Notes: generated by a model from the sequence alone, not told the origin. A DNA stretch of 20,529 nt from Candidatus Krumholzibacteriia bacterium (GCA_036478295.1 JAZGDW010000035.1:1-20529), one strand, 5' to 3'; shown: positions 1-8,667, counted from the stretch's first letter. Translations and numbers: made by a program.

Positions 1-1883
1 GTATCGGCGGCCCCCGGAGGGATGGTGCGTGCATAGAGAACCGTGCGGGTCGCCCAGGCGTTGCGTTTATTGATGAGGTTGCCGTGCTCGTCCAACAAAT
101 AGCCGCGGTAAAAGTGCGCTCCTTCATCAACCGGGCCGTTGCCGTCCACCGCTTCGATCCTTCCACTCCAAAAGACGACTTTCCCATTTTCGTCAGTAGC
201 TTTCAGCTCCAACCAGATATCGAACGCATCAATGGTCCCCGCCGGAAATCGGTGTCCGACGTCCCTCGTACGAACCACAACGTCGATACGAACCTCTTCA
301 CCCCGCTGGACGGTTGCATGCGCTCGGTCGACCGGAGCGACGGTCTTCGTGATATCCGTCACACTGCCGGACGGGCCGCGCCGCTCGTCCGTTTCACCCA
401 CCATGCTGAACATGGAAGCACGACCCGTAACACCGGCCTGGCCGGTACGCTGGATCGGCGTTGCCGGGGCCAGCGCAAAGACGTCTACGGTGACTTTGTC
501 AGCCTGGAGGAATTCAGTAACAGTCTCGAGCTGTTTATCATGCTTGTTGACGAAGGGGAGCGCCGTGTTGGCCGCAGGAAAACGATGACTGTGGACGCTG
601 CCGTTAATATTCCCCGCATCCCGGGACGGGACCAGCGGCATGTGACAGTCATTACATTGCTTCGGCGCTGCAGGATAATAGAAGGAAAGGGCCCCCTGGT
701 GGGACACGCCACTGGATTGCCACTGATCATACTCGTCAAATCCCCGGAACCAGCGAAAATTGTTGACCGGTTCGTCGAGGTGTACCTTGTGACAGGTCGA
801 GCAAAACTCGGCCTTGTTCTGACGATGGAATGGCTTCAAGAAGCTGTTCTTGTGGGGTTGTGGATCCAGCCGTATCAGGTAATTATGGAGGCTGCGGATG
901 ATGGGATTGTCGCTGGCGGCAATTCGGTGCAGGGGCGGATACTTGATAACGTATCCATTGTTGCCCATCGTATCCTTGACCTTTTCGATGGAGTGACACC
1001 CCGTGCAAGCAAGCCCCGCTTGTGCTGCAGGTGTGTGGACGTTTTCCCGGATGGGCCGGTCCATCACCCCGTTGAGCAGGACGGCCAGATCATGGCACCC
1101 GCCGCACCATTTGGACGGTTGAATCCCGTTGACATCCTGCATGTACGTAATCGCCTTGCGGTACCATTGATTATTGAAGGAGGCAAAATGGTGAGCTGAT
1201 TCATTCCACTGCTCGTAGATGTCCGGGTGGCATCCACTCGCAGCGCAGGTTTCAGAGGTCAAAAAGAAGTCTGTTGGAATGAGATCACCCGAGTACGTCT
1301 CAACCGAAGCGGGGAAGAACGGCCCACCCGTGCCCCCGCCTTCCTCATACATGCTGGTCGGAGGAGAAAGTGGATTCCGAATGAGATAGTCCGGATTGGG
1401 ACGGTAATGCTGGATGATCGTTGCAACAACAGGAAAAAGAATCGCAACGACCAGGACGATCCCGGCTGCCCGTGCCGTCCGTTGGTATACGGAATGCGAA
1501 GACTCCGTTCTCGCAGAAGCCTGTCGCCGCGCGGCCAGGGTGAGTAGATGCCCGACCAACAGAATCGTACCAAGTGTCACACTGACAATGTGGACAACCA
1601 GTAGCCAGCGATTCGGCGTCGTCGCCCCCACAACCATCAAGTATCCGCCGGAGGCGACGCCGATGGCGAGACAGACGACGCTTGCCCTGCCAAGGGGTGA
1701 CAGGTGTGTGAAACGTCCCCGCAAAAATCCTATAGCCGGTATTACCAGCCCAACGCCAAGAAGAACGTGAATAAACACGTTGCCTATATAGAACAGCGTT
1801 GGATCCCCAAAGCTGACAAGATACGCGCTGTTGAGTAACAGGAGGAAGAACCCATACAGCAATAGCTTTGTCCGTACCGTCAT
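1..1883 (-). CDS. Membrane-anchored pentaheme c-type cytochrome (cytochrome c554/c552-like multiheme domain) with N-terminal multi-TM domain; 3' end truncated by window
   Basis: Absent from the ORF track because there is no stop codon in the window; translated by hand. ATG at 1883 gives MTVRTKLLLYGFFLLLLNSAYLVSFGDPTLFYIGNVFIHVLLG... and stays open to base 1 (...NAWATRTVLYARTIPPGAAD). It has about 5 hydrophobic segments, then CAASGCH, CGGCH, CTGCH, CSTCH and CNDCH, plus WNESAH, HSHRFPAAN and VGHRFPAG motifs. It is collinear with the paralog at 11443-13542. Confidence 0.9.
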   Translation of the reverse strand, partial: MTVRTKLLLYGFFLLLLNSAYLVSFGDPTLFYIGNVFIHVLLGVGLVIPAIGFLRGRFTHLSPLGRASVVCLAIGVASGGYLMVVGATTPNRWLLVVHIVSVTLGTILLVGHLLTLAARRQASARTESSHSVYQRTARAAGIVLVVAILFPVVATIIQHYRPNPDYLIRNPLSPPTSMYEEGGGTGGPFFPASVETYSGDLIPTDFFLTSETCAASGCHPDIYEQWNESAHHFASFNNQWYRKAITYMQDVNGIQPSKWCGGCHDLAVLLNGVMDRPIRENVHTPAAQAGLACTGCHSIEKVKDTMGNNGYVIKYPPLHRIAASDNPIIRSLHNYLIRLDPQPHKNSFLKPFHRQNKAEFCSTCHKVHLDEPVNNFRWFRGFDEYDQWQSSGVSHQGALSFYYPAAPKQCNDCHMPLVPSRDAGNINGSVHSHRFPAANTALPFVNKHDKQLETVTEFLQADKVTVDVFALAPATPIQRTGQAGVTGRASMFSMVGETDERRGPSGSVTDITKTVAPVDRAHATVQRGEEVRIDVVVRTRDVGHRFPAGTIDAFDIWLELKATDENGKVVFWSGRIEAVDGNGPVDEGAHFYRGYLLDEHGNLINKRNAWATRTVLYARTIPPGAAD

Positions 1884-1928
1884 TCTCGGATACTCGTTTC
1901 AGGGGTTGATCAAAGCGTGTGAAGTGCG

Positions 1929-1956
1929 AAAACCGACCCAAAGGTAACGGTCGGCT
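1929..1956 (-). other. Stem-loop in the leader of the cytochrome gene
   Basis: The - strand reads AGCCGACC-GTTACCTTTG-GGTCGGTT-TT: an 8-bp stem with one G-U pair, followed by a short U run. It lies just downstream of the putative -10 element. Confidence 0.4.
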
Positions 1957-1964
1957 ACGCACAT

Positions 1965-1973
1965 ATTATATCA
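1965..1973 (-). promoter_or_regulatory. Extended -10 promoter element (TGnTATAAT) for the cytochrome gene
   Basis: The - strand reads TGATATAAT in an AT-rich patch about 80 nt upstream of ATG 1883. There is no good -35 at 17-bp spacing. The same 11-mer occurs at 13756-13766. Confidence 0.6.
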
Positions 1974-2076
1974 TATTTATGGCGCTATTGTACTTCAATC
2001 TGGGGAGTTCAGGGTCCAACCCGTGTGCCGACGCAATATGGAAGGTCGTGGAGACGATACCTGCACACTGACATGG

Positions 2077-5000
2077 CTACCGCGTCCGCACCAGTCGCGT
2101 GTTGAATTGGCGCCGGTAGGCCCGGGTCTTCTCGTTGTCCGGGTAGTGCTCGTTTGGGCCGTACGGATACCCGCTCATGGCGTGGAAGGGAAGCGGCTCG
2201 ACAGTGTCGGGATAGCCCGTGTAGAGGTCCATGTCCTTGCAGAAGCTGTCGGTCTTCAGGATGAAGGTACGGCGCTGGCCCTCCGGCACAGGTCCGAAAG
2301 CGTCGGCCGGGAAGCGCAACGTCAATTCGTCGCCGTGCTGCATGATGACGTAACAGTCATCGGCTTCCCCGACGAGTTCGGTGACCGCGCCGTAGCGGGT
2401 GTACTGTCCCGCCATCAACTTCCACGATGTGGCAGTATCGATGTTGTCGTAGTCGCTCAAAAGCGGGTGCCGGCCGTCGGGCGAATACTCGCGGGGATAC
2501 CCACGGAAGTGGAGGTCGGCGCTGCGCGCCGGCGCTTCGCTAAGCGTAAGCCCCGCGTCGTCGAGATGCTCCGCCAGAAAGACCCGGTCCCAGTAAAGTT
2601 CCATGTTGCTCGAGATGCGGATGTGCCGGTCACCGCTGCGGATCTTGCCGGTGACATCCAGCGTCATCATGTGCTGGATGCCCGCGGGGTAGCCCACCTC
2701 GTGAAACACCTCTGTCCACGCGCCGTCGCGGAGCACGTGGATGCTTGGTGCTTTGGCCGACTTGCCGGCCTGGGCCGCAGCGTAGTTTGTAGACGAATAG
2801 CCGTACTCCACCCAACCGTACAGAAAGAGTATCAAGCGGCGCCCGGGCGCCAGTTTCGCCAGGCGGTCGCCGAAGTCCAGTTCGACGAAATGATCGTCGG
2901 CGAGCCCCATGAAGTGGCCACCTACGCGGGTCGCACCGGCGCAGCGTCGATCGATGCGAAGCAGTTCATCGGTGACGTCGACACCCCGATTGTCTTCTGC
3001 GCGCACCGGGTCAATGGATTGCTCGAAACAGAACACCTCGGGTGCCGGCGGCGCTGTGCCGACCGCCATCATTTCATGGGGATAGACCTCCGTCCCCGCT
3101 GGGTGGTCCACCGCGATCAGCTTGGCCTCGTCGAAGTACGTCACCTCCTCGAGCGGGGTCAGGCATTGCAGGATGTACTCGCCATCTCGCGTCTCGAGAC
3201 GCGGGATGCGAAGATATTCCGTCGGGTCCGGCGGGGCGTAACTGCCCGGCGCCAGAAAATAACCCAATCCACCCACGCCGCCGAAATCGGCGACGAACTC
3301 GAACCTCGAACCGTTCCACGCGAAAAGGTAGGGACACGAAGACGTCTTGCGTTGCACTTCGGTCACCTCCAGCACCTGGTCGGCCGCAACCTCGAGCTCG
3401 GCCTGCAGGACGCCGTCGGGCCAGACGATCCGCAGCCAGTCGATCTTGGGGTTGTCTCCGAGGCCGGCGTGGACTCTCGCGGGCGACATGGCCACCGGAC
3501 CCGAGTTCCCGCCTACCAGGAACTGTTGAAAGACAGCGCCGGTCTTGATCTCTACCCGGGCTCCGATCGCCCAACTGTTGGACCGGGCCTTGCGGTCCCG
3601 CTCGCGGGTGCCGCGCAGGTCCAGCTCGATCCAGTGCCCGCCGGGTGTGGCGTTGACGATGAGCAGCGGCTCACTGCCCATCGGAGCCAGAAGAATGTCG
3701 CATTTCCCATCGCCGGTGAAGTCCGCCACGACACAGCTGGCGTCTCCCTCCGTGCGAATTGCATCTAGCAGATTCCCGGGATCGATCTCGGCGGTGTTGA
3801 GGAACCGCTGGCGGGGCCAATCATTGATAAGTACCGCGGGCCCGCGGCTGCCGTCGCGCCGCAGCGCGTCGGCAATCACGATGTCCAGATCACCGTCGTT
3901 GTCCATGTCGGCGAACTGTCCCCCGGTACCACCCAGCCGGCCGTGCTGGTCGGCAAAACTCTGTTCGATCTCAAAGGCGAACCTGCCGCCGTTGACCCAT
4001 AGTTCAAGACCCCGCTCGGAGAAGACGAGCAGGTCCCGGTCCCCGTCCTTGTCGGGATCGCCGGACGTCGCGCCGACCACCCCGCGCGTGGCGAGACCCG
4101 TGGCCGCTTCATCGAGGATACGAAACTCGCCGACCCGGTCGTTCACCCAGGGTACCGGTGGGGCGTCGCCGGCAGGGAAGACCACCAGGTCCAGGTCGCG
4201 GTCGCTGTCGAAATCGTCGTAGACAACGGCGGCAACCGGCGTAGTGGCCAGCGCCAGTCCCAACCTGGCCGCGACGTCGGTGTATGAGTCGTCCCCGTTA
4301 CTATTGTAGATGCTGCTCGCCGCAGGAACGCTACCGGCGAGGACCGGCACGCCGCCTTCGGCGAGGCGGAACGCCAGAAAGTCCAGATCCCCATCGCTAT
4401 CGAGGTCGACGAGCCGGGCACATTGGGTCAGGGTCCCGGGGCCGGCGAGGCCCGCGAATTGCCCCGAAGCAAAGCGGCCCTGCCCGTCGTTCACGAAGAC
4501 CCGGTCGGAGTCGGTGCACCCGAGCCACAGATCGAGATCGCCGTCATTGTCGATATCACCGAAACAAGGGGAGACCCCTTGCCGGGCAAGCTGCTGGACC
4601 TGCGAGAAACGTCCGGCGCCGTCGTTCAGCCACAGGACCGTTTCTCCCTGCTCTCCCGACGCCGTAAGACACAAGTCGAGGTCCCCGTCGTTATCGATGT
4701 CACCCACAGCCATACCCGGCAGGTCCACGGACCCCCCGGCCCAGCTCCAGGACGCCGACCGTGCGTTCAAACGAATGATGTCGGGGGACAGGACGATCCG
4801 CCGGGTGGATTCCGGCGCCGCCAGCGGAAGGTTGTTGGGCCCGAGTACCCGGTAGTATTTGCCCACCGTCCCGTAGATTTTCTGCACGACGAAGCTCCCG
4901 CTGGCCAACTCGGCTGCGTTGAGCTCTCCGAAGCGCGCGAAGAGTTTGGCGGCCTCCTGCCGCCGGTCCGTGCGCTGATACTGGAGTGCAAGGCGGTAGA

Positions 5001-5550
5001 CGGCGGAGATGAAACCGCCGTCGAGGGCAACGACCTTCTCGAGCATCTCTGCACCCTCGTCGTCCCGTCCCAGGGCAAGAAGGGTCTCGGCGTACTTGTA
5101 GGCCACGTAGGGGTCGTCGCGATCACCCCGGTAGACGGCGTGAAAATGCTCCAGGGCTTCCGTGTTCTCCCCAATGTGCTGGAGGTAGAGGCCCAGACAA
5201 AAGTGAGCGGGGAGGTGACCGGGATCGGATGCGAGGATCGCGTCGAAGACGTCGCGCGTTCTGTTGGGGTCCTCGTGTTCGCCCTCCTGGCCTTGCATGT
5301 TCAGGTACGCCAGTCCGAGGTTGAAGCGTGCGGCAACCCAGTCGGGTGCGAGCCGCACGACTTCTTCGAAAGCTGCGGCCGCCTCGCCATACTTGTACTG
5401 CTCCATGAGCCCGCCTCCGCGGTTGAACTCGGCCAACGCCTTGGCGTATGCCGCCGATTTCACGGGCGAGAGCTTCTTTGGCTCGTCCCCGCCGCAACCC
5501 GCAAGAACGGCAAGAATCGCAATCAAAACCGGCGCTATGATTCTTCCCAT
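2077..5550 (-). CDS. Lipoprotein: TPR repeats + FG-GAP/VCBS beta-propeller + ASPIC/UnbV domain + uncharacterised C-terminal domain (CRTAC1-like fusion)
   Basis: 1157 aa with an AAGGAG RBS and lipobox LAG-C19. TPR-like helices (AARFNLGLAYL, AHFCLGLYLQH) are followed by seven DxDxDGxxD-type motifs (GDIDNDGDLDL x2, DLDSDGDLDF, DFDSDRDLDL, DPDKDGDRDL, DMDNDGDLDI, DFTGDGKCDI). The UnbV signature (SNSWAIGARVEI...HAGLG...IVWPDG) precedes a ~420-aa extension starting SSCPYLFAWNG. Confidence 0.9.
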   Translation of the reverse strand: MGRIIAPVLIAILAVLAGCGGDEPKKLSPVKSAAYAKALAEFNRGGGLMEQYKYGEAAAAFEEVVRLAPDWVAARFNLGLAYLNMQGQEGEHEDPNRTRDVFDAILASDPGHLPAHFCLGLYLQHIGENTEALEHFHAVYRGDRDDPYVAYKYAETLLALGRDDEGAEMLEKVVALDGGFISAVYRLALQYQRTDRRQEAAKLFARFGELNAAELASGSFVVQKIYGTVGKYYRVLGPNNLPLAAPESTRRIVLSPDIIRLNARSASWSWAGGSVDLPGMAVGDIDNDGDLDLCLTASGEQGETVLWLNDGAGRFSQVQQLARQGVSPCFGDIDNDGDLDLWLGCTDSDRVFVNDGQGRFASGQFAGLAGPGTLTQCARLVDLDSDGDLDFLAFRLAEGGVPVLAGSVPAASSIYNSNGDDSYTDVAARLGLALATTPVAAVVYDDFDSDRDLDLVVFPAGDAPPVPWVNDRVGEFRILDEAATGLATRGVVGATSGDPDKDGDRDLLVFSERGLELWVNGGRFAFEIEQSFADQHGRLGGTGGQFADMDNDGDLDIVIADALRRDGSRGPAVLINDWPRQRFLNTAEIDPGNLLDAIRTEGDASCVVADFTGDGKCDILLAPMGSEPLLIVNATPGGHWIELDLRGTRERDRKARSNSWAIGARVEIKTGAVFQQFLVGGNSGPVAMSPARVHAGLGDNPKIDWLRIVWPDGVLQAELEVAADQVLEVTEVQRKTSSCPYLFAWNGSRFEFVADFGGVGGLGYFLAPGSYAPPDPTEYLRIPRLETRDGEYILQCLTPLEEVTYFDEAKLIAVDHPAGTEVYPHEMMAVGTAPPAPEVFCFEQSIDPVRAEDNRGVDVTDELLRIDRRCAGATRVGGHFMGLADDHFVELDFGDRLAKLAPGRRLILFLYGWVEYGYSSTNYAAAQAGKSAKAPSIHVLRDGAWTEVFHEVGYPAGIQHMMTLDVTGKIRSGDRHIRISSNMELYWDRVFLAEHLDDAGLTLSEAPARSADLHFRGYPREYSPDGRHPLLSDYDNIDTATSWKLMAGQYTRYGAVTELVGEADDCYVIMQHGDELTLRFPADAFGPVPEGQRRTFILKTDSFCKDMDLYTGYPDTVEPLPFHAMSGYPYGPNEHYPDNEKTRAYRRQFNTRLVRTR

Positions 5551-6545
5551 TCGAGTCTCCTTTTGGCTTCGCGAATGGCGCGGCTTGTCATCTCTGTATC
5601 CAGGTTCGTTTCACCCGTCCATTGACCGGGCGCGAAGAACGTCTTGCGGTAGACCGAATAGGCTTCGGTGCGAAGGTGGGCGGGCATGTGGTGACCGGTG
5701 CGTACTTTCCGCTCGTGGCGGAGAGCCGTAATATCAATCGGAGCCACGACGATCTTGGCACCCGCTCCGGGGTCTGCCTGGGCGAGGATGCGACCGTCGA
5801 AGTCCACAATCATGCTTCCTCCCGGCCACGAGAACGGTGGGTAATTCGAGAGGCTGGCCGCTTGATTGGCGCCAACGACGTAGGCGATGTTCTCCAGGGC
5901 GCGACACCGGTTTACGATCGTCCACCAGTCCATGGGTGTCGTCGCGCCCCACGGATCCATATAGGCGGAAACCCGGATTAACACCTCCGCGCCGCTGGCG
6001 GCGAGCTGGCGCAAGACCTCGGGGAAAAGCCAGTCGTAACAGATTGCGACGCCGAGGCGACCGATCGGTGTCGAGGCAACCGGGAAGAGTTCCTCGTCGT
6101 AACCCTCCAGATCGTGCGGACTCGAGTGGACCTCCCACGGGATCCACGGATTGACTTTCCTGTACCGGGTCAGGAGCCCTTCCGGGCCGATGAGGCACGT
6201 CGTATTGAAAACACTGCCCGGCCATTTGGGATCCTCTTCCAGAAAGGTGCCGGTCTGGATGTACACGCCAAGTTCCTTGGCTACCTTCTCGTACTGCTCT
6301 GTATGTTCGTTTGGAACGGGGACCGTCAGATGGCGGCGTAATTCCTCGGATGTGGGGTAGATTGGAGCGGCGTGTGCGAACTCGGGAAAAACAATTAGTT
6401 TTACCGGCAAAAAGGGCGAGTAACCGTCGACGGCCATTCGGACCATACCGATCATGTGGGTAACACGCTCACCGATTTGGTCTCGCCGGGCGGGATTGGG
6501 AAGATCGATCTGGCAGGCGGCGGCGCTGTAGCGAAGAGGGTTCAT
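5535..6545 (-). CDS. Nitrilase-family carbon-nitrogen hydrolase (amidase-like)
   Basis: Glu-Lys-Cys triad motifs VFPEF, YRKVNPW and ICYDW, plus RALENIAYVVGAN and GGSMIVDFDG. Start placed at ATG 6545 (MNPLRY; GGGGAG upstream) rather than 6632, which would overlap the GT gene. The stop overlaps the next gene's start by 16 nt. Confidence 0.9.
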   Translation of the reverse strand: MNPLRYSAAACQIDLPNPARRDQIGERVTHMIGMVRMAVDGYSPFLPVKLIVFPEFAHAAPIYPTSEELRRHLTVPVPNEHTEQYEKVAKELGVYIQTGTFLEEDPKWPGSVFNTTCLIGPEGLLTRYRKVNPWIPWEVHSSPHDLEGYDEELFPVASTPIGRLGVAICYDWLFPEVLRQLAASGAEVLIRVSAYMDPWGATTPMDWWTIVNRCRALENIAYVVGANQAASLSNYPPFSWPGGSMIVDFDGRILAQADPGAGAKIVVAPIDITALRHERKVRTGHHMPAHLRTEAYSVYRKTFFAPGQWTGETNLDTEMTSRAIREAKRRLEWEES

Positions 6546-6577
6546 TGGGTCACTGCTCCCCAGTTGGTTATGGCCGG

Positions 6578-7774
6578 TCAGGCTCCGGCGCAAATTACGC
6601 TCTGACCGGACGGTCGCGAATGATTCTCCCACAAGTCACGATAAAGCGCCTGATGTTGATCCGCAATCACAGAAAGTTCGAAGTATTGCAGGGCGTGCCG
6701 GCGAGCCTCCTCAGCCAACCGTGTTCGCAGAGGCAGATCGTCCAGGAGCCGCAAGACCGTACTCGCCAATAAACGCGGTCGCCGTGCCGGAAAGCACAAC
6801 CCGGTACGTTCGTGTTCGACGACTTCGCAACTGCCGACGTTGTCCGCGCAAGCGATCGGCACTCCGAGGAGCGCCGCCTCGACCAAAACGCGTGGAATGC
6901 CTTCTCGATAAAACGACGGAAAAACCAGGACATCCGAACAGGCGAGCAATTCCGGAATCTCGGCTCTCTCGCCGAGCCAGATGACCTGCTGGCGCAAGCG
7001 ATCTACCTCTCGCCGGCTGAGGCGATCGACCGCCTCAGGATCCAGGCCGCCAACTGCCACGATCTGCACGTTCGGTCTCCCGGCCCGGATGAACGGCACC
7101 GCGTCGAGCAAGTCAACGATGCCTTTCGAACGTATCAACCGGCTGACGAGTGTGACAACGGGCGCCTGGCCATCGAGTCCAAAATTCCTCCGTGTTGCGA
7201 CTCGCTTCCCGGGCGACACCACGTCTCTATTGAAGCGTGAGGCACATACTCCCGAGCCACGAATTAGATGGCTGCGAGCATGGTTGACGACATCAAGCCG
7301 GCAGAACCGATCACGATCATCGGCATTCTGAAAAACTGTACGATCGCTGAGCCGACAGGCGAGCCGGTGCAGGTGAAGGTAAACCCATCGGCGCCAGCGT
7401 ACTTGCAAGGAATGATAAGTGAAGAGTCCACCGAGGCCCGGCAGGGTTGCCAGGACGACTGGAACACCCTCGAGGCGCGCCGCAATCCTCCCAACTACCG
7501 ATGGCTTGGTGTCGAAGCAATGAACAATCTGTGGCCGCAGCCGGCGAATACGAGAGCGTAGCGAAAGAACAGCCTGCAAATCGGAACCCAGATCGAAGCG
7601 TCGCGACAGGGGATAGGATTCAAACCTGTATCCGAACTGTTCGAAACGTGCGGCGATGGATGCTTCGCTCCCGATCGCCGAGACTTCGAAATCATCTTCG
7701 AGCCGCTGGAGAAGCGGGATCCTCTTGTCGACGTCCGGCCCACCGATAATGCAGAGCCGCAATCGTTCAGTCAC
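6578..7774 (-). CDS. Glycosyltransferase family 4 (GT-B fold, CapM-like)
   Basis: Motifs HCFDTKP, LPGLG, VFQNADD, GSGV, SRLIRSKGI and the EX7E motif FPSFYREGIPRVLVEAA. Start placed at GTG 7774 (GGAG/GAGG upstream), overlapping the stop of the DUF692 gene (GTGACTGA). Confidence 0.9.
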   Translation of the reverse strand: MTERLRLCIIGGPDVDKRIPLLQRLEDDFEVSAIGSEASIAARFEQFGYRFESYPLSRRFDLGSDLQAVLSLRSRIRRLRPQIVHCFDTKPSVVGRIAARLEGVPVVLATLPGLGGLFTYHSLQVRWRRWVYLHLHRLACRLSDRTVFQNADDRDRFCRLDVVNHARSHLIRGSGVCASRFNRDVVSPGKRVATRRNFGLDGQAPVVTLVSRLIRSKGIVDLLDAVPFIRAGRPNVQIVAVGGLDPEAVDRLSRREVDRLRQQVIWLGERAEIPELLACSDVLVFPSFYREGIPRVLVEAALLGVPIACADNVGSCEVVEHERTGLCFPARRPRLLASTVLRLLDDLPLRTRLAEEARRHALQYFELSVIADQHQALYRDLWENHSRPSGQSVICAGA

Positions 7775-8594
7775 GTAGCCCTCGCTCCCGGAGAAGCGTG
7801 CCGCACCGCAAAAGTTGTTCTGCAAGTGCATCAATATCGGTACGCCACTCAAAATGTGGACCGACACCACCATATTCGAGCGTGATGACCCATGGTCGAG
7901 GCCACAACCCCTCCGCGATCTGGTCCAGTGCCCAGACGAACAGCTGCCAATCGGATTCTCGCATCGGCATGCTCTCCCTCATTCGTCCCTCGGTATCCTC
8001 ACCGAGACCGGTGACGTGCAACTCTCGCAAGTGATGTAATGGATGGGCTTCAACGAACGGACGAATTTGCATTTCCAACTCGTCCGCCGCCATGCGCGCG
8101 TGCGCCAGATCCAGCAGTAACAGAGCGCCGGTCTCTTCCAACAGCTCGGAAACAAATTCAGGATCAACACCAGTCGCGGCGATCGGATAGTCCGACCGCG
8201 TCTCCCACGGCACGTTCTCAACGATCACACGCTGCGCCCCGAAGGTATTACAGAGTCGCTCGACGTCGGTGCGGACGCTTCGCTGGGCCCGGCGATACCT
8301 CTCTGATTCGGGGTATTCGACGAGATCACCAGCCAGTGGTGCAACGTGCGTGTTTATGTATGGAGTCGTCGTGGAATCGATCGACGCATGAAGGTTTGTG
8401 ATTTCGCTAGCCCGAGGTTGACCCTGCCCTGCCATGAGTTCGTGGTGCACATACGTGGGGCGCTGTCGCTGGGCCTCATGCAGAACGTCGAACCAGTCAG
8501 GACATTTGAAACAATCGAAATCCACTCTGCCCGAACGAAACAACTCGCTGGCTTGCGGAGAGTAATTGACGGCCAGTGCGATAGGGTTCTTCAT
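7767..8594 (-). CDS. DUF692-family multinuclear non-heme iron-dependent oxidative enzyme (MNIO; MbnB/TglH/ChrH superfamily)
   Basis: 275 aa, consistent with a TIM-barrel protein. Metal-ligand pattern H50, H83, E126 (VENVP), D162/H165 (LLLDLAHA), H193 (RELHVTG) and E240 (TLEYGG) matches the family spacing. Confidence 0.8.
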   Translation of the reverse strand: MKNPIALAVNYSPQASELFRSGRVDFDCFKCPDWFDVLHEAQRQRPTYVHHELMAGQGQPRASEITNLHASIDSTTTPYINTHVAPLAGDLVEYPESERYRRAQRSVRTDVERLCNTFGAQRVIVENVPWETRSDYPIAATGVDPEFVSELLEETGALLLLDLAHARMAADELEMQIRPFVEAHPLHHLRELHVTGLGEDTEGRMRESMPMRESDWQLFVWALDQIAEGLWPRPWVITLEYGGVGPHFEWRTDIDALAEQLLRCGTLLRERGLRD

Positions 8595-8624
8595 GGGTTC
8601 TATTCAAACGTTCCCACTGATGGG

Positions 8625-8667
8625 CGCCACACCGTGAACCGGGTTCCCCTCGGTTCAAAGGGTGGCG
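8625..8667 (-). other. Intergenic stem-loop with GNRA tetraloop
   Basis: Immediately after the TPR stop, the - strand reads CGCCAC-CCTT-TGAACCG-A-GG-GGAA-CC-CGGTTCA-CGGT-GTGGCG. No U-tract follows. Confidence 0.55.

Noticed and set aside
84..1199. 371-aa + strand ORF, and similar long ORFs at 2023-3768, 4423-5625, 12400-13485 and 15455-16756
   Set aside because: These are antisense shadows of well-supported genes in high-GC DNA and have no recognisable motifs.
2009..2074. 21-aa - strand ORF MSVCRYRLHDLPYCVGTRVGP with two Cys, starting 2 nt after the lipoprotein stop; considered as the MNIO precursor peptide
   Set aside because: There is no convincing SD, no leader/core pattern or repeats, and the length is expected by chance. 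It would need conservation or Ribo-seq support.
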